Shown: piece after piece, positions 13,472 through 21,964 of the stretch
How the letters are laid out: each line of letters opens with the position of its first letter
Numbering within the stretch: position 1 is the first letter of the stretch
NCBI GenBank assembly: GCA_030390025.1
Contig: CM059425.1
Span: 167,340,001 to 167,404,000, forward strand
Source: Squalus acanthias
Taxonomy: Eukaryota
DNA: 64,000 nt
Direction of reading: 5' to 3'
Notes under the pieces: model-generated
Database searches by the model: none
What the model saw: only the letters and a program-made list of their open reading frames with translations
Told to the model about the DNA's origin: nothing
Made by a program: the position numbers and the translations under genes

Positions 13472-13706
13472 AAATAAAAACAGAAAATGCTAGAAATACT
13501 CAGCAGATCAGGCAGCATCTGTGGAGAGAGAAACAGAGTTAACGTCTCAGGTCAGTGACCTTTCATCAGAACCTTTTGTCATGATCTTGGCCTGAAACAC
13601 TAACTCTGTTTCTCTCTCCACAGATGCTGCCTGACTTGCTGAGTATTTCCAGCATTTTCTGTTTTTATTTCAGATTTCCAGCATCCGCAGTATTTTGCTT
13701 TTGTAT
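13472..13706 (+). mobile_element. Hairpin-shaped Penelope terminal-repeat insertion
   Basis: Long inverted arms plus Penelope 3' tail; perfect 14-bp TSD tagtgatttggttg at 13458-13471 and 13707-13720. Confidence 0.88.
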
Positions 13707-14659
13707 TAGTGATTTGGTTGGCCTGCAGGCCAAAGGTATTTTTAATAGAACTTTATTTTAAAAATTGTCTTTGGGTATCTGTATCCTTAAAAGTGTTCTT
13801 TTGACCTTATATCAAAAGTGTAGCCATTGCACAAAACTCTTCTAAGTGTTCAACTTCAAAAGGAGTTGTCTATCATGGATGATTTTTCTCATCAGTGTGG
13901 TTAGTTGTGTTCAGCAATTAATTGTACTGCCATTACTATTCATCCTCAGTTCAAATTTAGAATTCAGCCTTTAAATCCATTTATATTCTGCTATGGCCAC
14001 TCCAACTCTGTACAATAGGCAGGGATTGCTCACTGAAGAGTTCTCACCTATATACAAATGTCACAGCAGGAATTCTACAAGCATCAAGCCTTTCAAATGT
14101 CTGTAAGAAATAAGAGATATTCAAACACTTGTAGACTGATTCAGCCTGATTGTTTTGTAAATATTTGTAAATAATTGTATCACTAGCACCTTGCTGTGTT
14201 TTTTTCTCTGAAATTATCTTCATTGTAAATTACTTTAACTATTTGTTTTAGCCTGAAGGTAATGGTCTGGCAGGGTGATACTTGCTGCCTTTTAGATTAG
14301 ACAGAACAGCATGGTAGAATCTCACATGATGTCTGGTTTGTTATACCAAATATCAAACAACTGTTAGTCCCGTGGCACGCTATCCTGTTTGCAGCACACA
14401 GAACTGCCGTTTTGCTGTGAACACAAGTCACAAATGTTAGGAAAGAGACAAATATTGTAGCACTGTATGACTTCAAGTTATTGGTTGTATGATTGGCACA
14501 TACCAATCGTTGTTTCGTAGCCAGCCTTCTCACCCCGTGTAGGCATCGTAGCCTTTACCCAGCCTTTCTATGCTCAGGTGGGTCACACGACACTCTGAAA
14601 AAGAGCTGTGAGATCTCTCTGTGTCCTGACCAACATTCCTTCCTCAGCACCTTATTTGG

Positions 14660-14760
14660 CCAAACATTCATTTGCTGTGTGTAGGACCTTGCTGTGCACA
14701 AATTAGCTGCCACATTTACCTGCATAACAGCAATGACTGCATTTCAAAAGCAATTCAATG
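14660..14760 (+). mobile_element. SINE 3' remnant (same family as 52913-54136)
   Basis: gaccttgctgtgcacaaattagctgccacatttacctgcataacagcaatgactgcatttcaaaag resembles the reverse complement of the 52980-53030 region. Confidence 0.5.
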
Positions 14761-14796
14761 AAAGGAGAGGTCTTTGACAAAGAGACTCTTTGTAGT

Positions 14797-14921
14797 TGTA
14801 ATGTATTATCACATGGTTTGGTATGAGCATGCTCAGTTCACTCTGGCCTAATAAAGCAAGCACATGGACTAGCAATTCATTGTGTCTCTGTCCTTCATTT
14901 GTTCTACCCACATATATTACA
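14797..14921 (+). repeat. 5' LTR (125 bp)
   Basis: tgtaatgta...tattaca with internal AATAAA; matches 16519-16667. Confidence 0.92.
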
Positions 14922-15120
14922 TTTTGGCGACGAGGATGGGATCCCAAAGCCATTTTTAGGGCTCATGGAAGGACACATATGAGAGTAAGTTTAATCAAGT
15001 ACCACTTACAAAGAGTACCGTAGAGTTAAAAACCTACTCCAGAGAAATCCTAGAGATTTGTGGACAAATGGAATGTACAGTTAACACAACGACCAGTCAG
15101 TAAAGCTGTCTATTATTGTA

Positions 15121-16306
15121 GTGAGCTACAACAACAGGCCAACCCTCATGGACAAAGACTGGTTGAGAAAGTTAAAACTAGACCGGAAAAACGTCTTCAG
15201 TGCAGATGCTTCAAAGAAGCGACTTGACACAATGCTGAACAAGTACGAAAGCATGTTCACAGACAGTTATGAGGGTATCACTGGGTTAGCGACCATGTTA
15301 GCTCCATTGCACGAGCTCCTCAAGAAGGCTGTCCAGTGGAAGTGGACGAAAGCGCAACAGGAAGCTTACGACACTTGTAAGAGAAGTCTCTCTAGCGATG
15401 CTCTACTTGAGCACTGCGACACAGAGCGTGAGCTTAAGTTAGTGTGTGATGCTTCCAGCTACAGTGTGGGAGCTGTCATAAGCCATGTAATGGATGACGG
15501 CCAAGCAAAACCAATCACGTTCACATCGCAAACCCTCACAAAGAGCGAAAGAAACTACGCGCAAATTGAAAAGGAAGCACTCGCCATAGTGTTTGGAATC
15601 AAGAAATTCCAACAGTTCCTGATTGGCAGAAAGGTTATCCTGATAACCGATCACAAACTGTTCCTAGCAATATTGGGGCCCAAATCTGACATCCCTGCAA
15701 TGGCCACATCAAGAATGCAACGTTGGGCAGTGTTGTTGTCACAATATGACTACACGATTGAATATCGCACTTCAAAGCAAAACGCAATCGCAGATGCCTT
15801 GTCCAGGTTGCCACATGAGGACTCGTGTGTTGGGAGTGAAGGTGCTATTTTCACGCTCGGTGCAGTTGACAAAGACTTTCCCGTGAATGCAACTGAGATT
15901 GCAGATGAGACTCAAAAGGACTCAGTACTAAAGAGAGTGTATGGAAACACCTTGAATGGATGGACTGATCAGTGTGTGCGCACAGAATTGAAACCATTTC
16001 ATAACCGTCGTACTGAACTGTCTTGTGAGCAAGGTTGTATCAAGTGGGGAAACTAGAGTGGTGGTACCTACTTCTTTGAGAGATAGAATTCTGCTCGAAC
16101 TTCATACTGAACATCCAGAAATCATCAGTATGAAATCAATTGCAAGAAGCTTTGTTTACTGGCCTGGATTGGACAGTGATCTTGAACCACTTGATCATGA
16201 ACACATACATGAATTTGACTCAGTTCAGACTTCAGTAACTGAAATACCAGGTTCAAACAAGTCTGAAATAGAAACAGGATCATCTTTGAGTTTGGAATCA
16301 AAATAA
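15121..16306 (+). pseudogene. Gypsy pol remnant: protease tail fused to connection/RNase H, then integrase N-terminal region after a frameshift
   Basis: PTLMDKDWL; LAPLHELLKK..WKW; CDASSYSVGAV, ERNYAQIEKEALA, TDHK, ADALSRLP; RVVVP..LELHTEHP..IARSFVYWPGL. No gag, no YxDD RT core, no DDE integrase core. Confidence 0.88.
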
Positions 16307-16518
16307 AAGAGCCCCAAAATTGGTTCAACACCAAAACCTTCTGTAAGGAGATCAGGAAGGCTCCGCAAACCTGTTAGTAAACTGGATTGTAGTTCATTTA
16401 AAAGAAAAAAAGCCAGGAGTTTTTGTTATGTGGTACATGTAATGCTGGGAAAGGTGGGACCATAGTTTTGTTGTATTTGAGAGGGGAATACATACATTTT
16501 TTTTAAGGGGGAAAGCAG

Positions 16519-16667
16519 TGTAATGTATTATCACATGGTTTGTCACATGGTTTATCACATGGTTTGGTATGAGCATGCTCAGTTCGCTCTGACCTAATAA
16601 AGCAAGCACATGAACTAGCAACTCATCGTGTCTCTGTCCTTTATTTGTTCTACCCACATATATTACA
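16519..16667 (+). repeat. 3' LTR (149 bp) with a 12-bp unit triplicated
   Basis: Three tandem t(a/g)tcacatggtt units versus one in the 5' LTR (+24 bp). Confidence 0.92.
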
Positions 16668-16967
16668 GTAGTAGCTGCCTTTCCCTACGAGCATACCCAC
16701 CACTTACCTTCCTGTGTAGGCCTTAGTCTCTGCTAAGGCTTACACAGCTGCTGATTTCCTGATCTTCAGGGCTCTTCTTCCCCTTTAATTGTGGCACAGT
16801 GCATGATGTTGCAGCCAAGCATTGGCTGGGCTCAAAATTCCTGGCATGAATTACTTTGGCAGCTCGCCATCCATTAATAATAACACCCGACACAGGGACG
16901 GATTAAGAGGAGTCGATGGAAGTCCTGTCCTGCTGGAACACTGCCCTGAAGAGTCTATGCAATGCAA

Positions 16968-17478
16968 TGCAACAACAACAACCAGCATTTATTTAGCACC
17001 TTTAATGTTTCAAAATGTCCCAAGGCACTTCACAGGAGCGATTATCAGACAAAATTTGATACCAAGCCACATAAGGAGTTATTAGGACAGGTGACCAAAG
17101 CTTGGTCAAAGAGGTAGGTTTTAAGGAGTGTCTTAAAGGAGGAGAGAGATTTGGAGAGGCGGAGAGGTTTATGGAGGGAATTCCAGAGATTAGGGCCAAA
17201 ACAACTGAAGGTACAGCCACCAATGATGGGGTTGAAGGAAATCGGGGATATAGAAGAGGCCAAATTGGGGGAATGTAGAGTTCTTGGAGAGTCATAGGGC
17301 TGGAGGAGGTTACAGAGCTAGGGAGGTGTGAAGCCATGGAGGGACTTGAACACAATGTTGATAACTTTAAAATCGAGGGGTTGCTGGACCAAGAGCCAAC
17401 ATAGATTGGCGAGCACAGGAGTGATAGATGAGTGGGATTTGGTATGCGTTAGGATAGGGGCAGCAGAGTTTTGAATGA
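16968..17478 (-). mobile_element. L2-clade LINE 3' fragment
   Basis: Peptides QNSAAPILTHTK..SITPVLANLCWL and NLWNSL..SSFKTLLKTYLF; (TTG)n tail. Confidence 0.82.
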
Positions 17479-17582
17479 GCATGCAACAAAAATCAACTTG
17501 TAATAAATTATCTTTCAGTAAAAGTACTGAGACCACATTTTTTCATGTGGAACGTGAGCAATAGGCTAAGCATTAAAAAGGG

Positions 17583-17951
17583 CATAAGAACATAAGAATT
17601 AGGAGCAGGAGTAGGCCATACGGCCCCTCGAGCCTGCTCCGCCATTCAATAAGATCATGGCTGATCTTCGACCTCAACTCCAATTTCCTACCCGATCCCC
17701 ATATCCCTTGATTCCCCTAGAGTCCAAAAATCTATCTGTCTCACTACTGAATATGCTCAACGACTCAGCATCCACAGCCCTTTGGGGTAGAGAATTCCAA
17801 AGTTTCACAACCCTCCGAGTGAAGAAATTCCTCCTCATCTCAGTCTTAAATGACCTACCCCTTATCCTGAGACTATGCCCCCCTAGTTCTAGACTCTCCA
17901 GCCAGGGGAACCAACCTCTCAGCATCTACCCTGTCAATCCCCCTCAGAATC
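17583..17951 (-). mobile_element. CR1 LINE 3' end fragment
   Basis: Peptide [20 protein letters not shown], 3'UTR hairpin and (TTCTTATG)n tail. Confidence 0.9.
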
Positions 17952-18442
17952 TTAGACAATTCAATGATTGTGGCAGTGATATGAACCTTATCATTCATGT
18001 GGAAATGACTTATGAAATAATACTGGGTGGCCTGCTGGTGGCGCTATCCAGGGAGAGTATAAATACTCGGGCACGGGCCCAGCTTGTGCAGGACATTCTT
18101 AACAGGAACTATGAAGGCCACAACTAGATCTCCATGTTGTAAAACAGTTGATTAAAGCTTTGTTTAACGCTTAGACCAAGTGCCTGGTAGTTTTCTTACA
18201 TCAGGCAGTAAGCAATATATAGGTAGCAGCAATATACAATTTCATCAGTCATCACATATGAATTCTGACCCAGTAATGCAGGCTGATACCTTAAAATTAT
18301 TACCAGTTAAGGTGGCTTACTGTGGAGAAAAGTAAAAAAACTTAAATCTAAACTCCTAACTCCAACTCCAAAGCCACTTAACATATTTTGTACACAGCAT
18401 ATTTCTCCAATATCATTTTATCTATGTGGGAAATGCCAATAC

Positions 18443-18588
18443 AGGCGGCGGACCTGGGTGGAGCGACAGCGGTGAGGCGGCGGCAATAAAAGGCGGCAGC
18501 GACCAGGTAGGCCCACAGAGGCGGCGGACCTGGGTGGAGCGACAGCGGTGAGGCGGCGGCAATAAAAGGCGGCAGTGACTAGGTAGGC
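18443..18588 (+). repeat. 76-bp tandem duplication in the CR1 5'UTR
   Basis: aggcggcggacctgggtggagcgacagcggtgagg... starts at 18443 and again at 18519. Confidence 0.85.
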
Positions 18589-18854
18589 TTACCAATCTGA
18601 GCCCTGAGAGCAGGAGAGAGAGAAGTAAAAAATAAGCAAAGTGTGACATCACCAGAAAGCATCTAAGTGATTGGTTGGTGAGTATTTCTCTTTTTCTCCT
18701 TTTTCCAAACTTAAATTTTGTGGTTTATAGTTTCTAGGGTCTCTGTGGTGTAGCGGGGACAGTTGGTAAACAAGGGCCCTATATCATTTAATTATAGTAT
18801 AATTGGTGGGATTGATTTGATTTAATTTAAGTTCAATTAATTAAAGGGTAAGTC

Positions 18855-19805
18855 ATGGCAACACAGCTCGGCGCCGTGGTATGCTCCTCCTGCGCTATGT
18901 GGGAAATCGGGGACACTTCCTGTGTCCCTATCGACCATGTGTGCAGGAAGTGTATCCAGCTGCAGCTACTGGCAGACCGCATTGTGGCGCTGGAGCTGCG
19001 AATGGATACATACTGGAGCATTCGCGATGCTGAGGACCTCGTGGATAGCATGTTTAACCAGTTGGTCACACCGCAGGTAAAAGTTGCACAGGCAGAAAGA
19101 GAATGGGTGACCACCAGGCAGAGTAGTAGGCGCAGGCAGGTAGTGCAGGAGTCCCCTGTGGACATCCCCCTCTCAAACAGATATACCGCTTTGGATACTG
19201 TTGAGGGGGATGGCTTATCAGGGGAAGGCAGCAGCAGCCAACTTCCTGGCACCAGGGGTTATTCTGCTGCACAGGACGGGAGGAAAAAGAGGGGTAGAGC
19301 TATAGTGATAGGGGATTCTATTGTAAGGGGAATAGATAGGCGTTTCTGCGGCCGCAAACGAGACTCCAGGATGGTGTGTTGCCTCCCTGGTGCAAGGGTC
19401 AAGGATGTCTCCGAGCGGCTGCAGAACATTTTGGAAGGGGAGGGTGAACAGCCAGTTGTCGTGGTGCAAATAGGTACCAACGATATAGGTAAAAAATGGG
19501 ATGAGGTCCTAAAAGCTGAATATAGGGAGTTAGGAGGTAAATTAAAAAATAGGACCTCAAAAATAGTAATCTCAGGATTGCTACCAGTGCCACGTGCTAG
19601 TCAGAGTAGAAATAGAAGGATATTTCAGATGAATACGTGGCTAGAGGAATGGTGCAAGGGGGAGGGATTCAAATTCCTGGGATATTGGAACCAGTTCTGG
19701 GGGAGGTGGGACCAGTACAAATCGGATGGTTTGCACCTGGGCAGGACCAGAACCGATGTCCTAGGGGGAGTGTTTGTGAGTGCTCTGGGGGAGGGCTTAA
19801 ACTAA
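18855..19805 (+). CDS. CR1 ORF1p, intact 316 aa (zinc finger/leucine zipper + SGNH esterase)
   Basis: CSSC...CRKC, heptad leucines, SGNH blocks IGDS, GTND, DGLH; uninterrupted ATG to TAA. Confidence 0.9.
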   Translation: MATQLGAVVCSSCAMWEIGDTSCVPIDHVCRKCIQLQLLADRIVALELRMDTYWSIRDAEDLVDSMFNQLVTPQVKVAQAEREWVTTRQSSRRRQVVQESPVDIPLSNRYTALDTVEGDGLSGEGSSSQLPGTRGYSAAQDGRKKRGRAIVIGDSIVRGIDRRFCGRKRDSRMVCCLPGARVKDVSERLQNILEGEGEQPVVVVQIGTNDIGKKWDEVLKAEYRELGGKLKNRTSKIVISGLLPVPRASQSRNRRIFQMNTWLEEWCKGEGFKFLGYWNQFWGRWDQYKSDGLHLGRTRTDVLGGVFVSALGEGLN

Positions 19806-20504
19806 AATGGCAGGGGGTTGGAAACCTGAGCAGGGAGACAGAGGAAAGGGAAACAAGGATAGAAGCAAAAGTCAGGACGGAAAAAAACAAAGGTGTCAGT
19901 CAGAGAAATCAAGGGTTTAAATCAAACGTGGCCACAGTAAATAATAATTCTAAAAGGTCTAAGAGCATTAAAAAAACAAGCCTGAAGGCTTTGGGGGAAA
20001 AATTCAGTTGGTTGCGCCTCCTGTTAGCGCCTTAAGAGGGCGCTAATGGGGCGCAAAGCCACTAGCGCCCGGGCGCAGCGATGTTTGCGCCGCTCGGGAA
20101 CTTAACTAGAGATTGTGCGGCAGCGCTAAACTTTACCGCTGTGACCACCTGCGCGCGCAGATTGTGATGTCATTCCATGGTGCAACGCCCTTGTGGCGCC
20201 CCGGAGCGGAAATTGAGTGGCGCCCCCTGCCTTACCACCTGGCGCATCCAACGACCGGAAGACTGGAATGCTATCAATCGCTGTGGGGCTGGGGGGGGGC
20301 GCTATTTAAAGGGGGCCTCTTCCTGTCTTTTTCTGTGGTTGACATTTTTGCACCACTCGTTCTGAGAGAGAGAGAGAGATTCGGAGAGAGAGAAAGAGAG
20401 ACTTCTGCATTGAGTCAACGCTTTGTGAGGTAGTTTTGCCTACTGATCCTAACTTCGCTGCTACTTTGGTTGCTGTCCTTCATAACTTTGCTTGTAAAGA
20501 GACT

Positions 20505-21665
20505 ATGGGGGCTGCACTGAATGGGGGCGTCGTCCTGCTCCAGCTGAATCGGAGGACACAGAGACACAGAGAGAGAGTGGCAATGATGGCCAGACGGAGG
20601 AGGGCCAACAGGCGTATGTACAGGAGAGCTTACCCTCCCAGGGTATATCGTGAACAGCTCTCCTACATTCATATGTCTGAGGAGCTGTGTTTGCGAAGGC
20701 TGCGATTCAGCAAGGAGGTGGTCACTGAGCTCTGCCACCTGCTGCAGCCAGATCTGCAGCCTCAACTGAGGTCCAGGACGTCTCTGTCGGTGGCAGTGAA
20801 GGTCACAGTGGCTCTCAACTTCTATGCTACTGGCTCATTTCAAGCTGCTGCTGGGGACCTCGCCAATATCTCCCAGTTCGCGGTGCATTGCTGCATCCGG
20901 CAGGTCACAAATGCCCTCTTTAAAAGGAGACGAGAGTTCATCTCTTTCCCCATGACCCCAGACAAGCAGCGTGACCGCGCTCTGGGCTTTGCGAGGATAG
21001 CGGGCTTCCCCATGGTGCAGGGCGCCATTGACTGCACGCATGTGGCTTTGCGTGCTCCGCATGTGAATGCCGAGGATTTCCGGAACAGAAAGGGGTTCCA
21101 TTCCTTGAATGTTCAGTTGGTCTGTGACCACAGACAGCTGATACTCGCTGTCAATGCCCACTATCCTGGCAGCTGCCACGATGCTTTCATCCTGCGCCAG
21201 ACTACTGTGGCAGAACTTTTCGAGGCACCGCATCAGCCAGTTGGTTGGCTTCTCGGGGACAAGGGGTATCCATTGAGCACCTGGCTGATGACACCGCTCC
21301 GTACGCCCAACACCCCTGCTGAGCTGCGGTACAACGAGAGCCATCAAGCTACCAGGAACATCATTGAGCGCACAATCGGCGTGCTGAAGCAACGGTTCCG
21401 CTGTCTCGACCATTCTGGAGGAGCCCTGCAGTACTCGCCTGAGCGAGTATCCAACTTCGTAGTTGTGTGCTGCATGTTGCATAACATGGCAATCGTCAGG
21501 ACCCAGCCAATGCCACCAGGCCTTGGAGCACCACCAGAGGAGGAGGAGGAAGAGGAGGAAGAGGACGAGGAGGATGATCATCAGCAGCACCAAGGCGGGA
21601 GGGCGGCCCACAATGGTGAAACTGCAAGGGCCGTCCGTCAATGGCTGATAGCAAGCCGCTTCTAG
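20505..21665 (+). CDS. Harbinger DDE transposase (HARBI1-like family), intact 386 aa
   Basis: First ATG at 20505; HTH-like region (ALNFYATG..AAGDLANISQ), catalytic motifs GAIDCTH, LGDKGY, IERTIGVLKQRF, plus [11 protein letters not shown] and PGSCHDA; acidic C-terminal tract. Confidence 0.93.
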   Translation: MGAALNGGVVLLQLNRRTQRHRERVAMMARRRRANRRMYRRAYPPRVYREQLSYIHMSEELCLRRLRFSKEVVTELCHLLQPDLQPQLRSRTSLSVAVKVTVALNFYATGSFQAAAGDLANISQFAVHCCIRQVTNALFKRRREFISFPMTPDKQRDRALGFARIAGFPMVQGAIDCTHVALRAPHVNAEDFRNRKGFHSLNVQLVCDHRQLILAVNAHYPGSCHDAFILRQTTVAELFEAPHQPVGWLLGDKGYPLSTWLMTPLRTPNTPAELRYNESHQATRNIIERTIGVLKQRFRCLDHSGGALQYSPERVSNFVVVCCMLHNMAIVRTQPMPPGLGAPPEEEEEEEEEDEEDDHQQHQGGRAAHNGETARAVRQWLIASRF

Positions 21666-21964
21666 GGCCCCTGCTGTGGAAATGGCTTCTGCCATTGCTA
21701 ACAACATCAATGAACCCAGCACGGAACCCCTAAGCCGGCCAAGGCACCAATGATTCCAAACACCAAACATGTATATTTTGAATACAAAAACTTATTTATT
21801 TTACAAACTCTGTGTGTGTCATTTCCTCATGACAAACTCATAGAAATAAACACAAAAAAACAGTGGTTCTCACAACCTGGAGATAATGTCCAAAACACTA
21901 GACAAAAGTTGGACCACGAACCTCGGCCTTTAATAAAAAAATGACCAGCATTTTGTCACACCTC

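Larger units (their letters stand above)
14797..16667 (+). mobile_element. Ty3/Gypsy LTR retrotransposon, internally deleted (non-autonomous)
   Basis: TG...CA LTRs at 14797-14921 and 16519-16667, perfect 5-bp TSD GTAGT (14792-14796, 16668-16672), PBS-like tggcgacgagg just after the 5' LTR, PPT aagggggaaagcag 16505-16518. Confidence 0.93.

Noticed and set aside
13472..13706. DNA-transposon MITE or pre-miRNA
   Set aside because: The inverted repeat is not terminal (unpaired 3' tail), TSD lengths vary, and the sequence matches the Penelope end.
9900..14650. Host exons among short ORFs (9997, 12525, 12931, 14297)
   Set aside because: No recognisable domains or consistent splice-flanked frames; small exons cannot be excluded without RNA or homology data.
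20505..21665. Host HARBI1 gene
   Set aside because: Flanked by TIRs and a TSD, paired with a Myb gene and inserted in a LINE, so it is a transposon copy and not the domesticated gene.
20835..21770. 311-aa antisense ORF over the transposase
   Set aside because: No recognisable motifs; expected shadow frame of a GC-rich coding strand.
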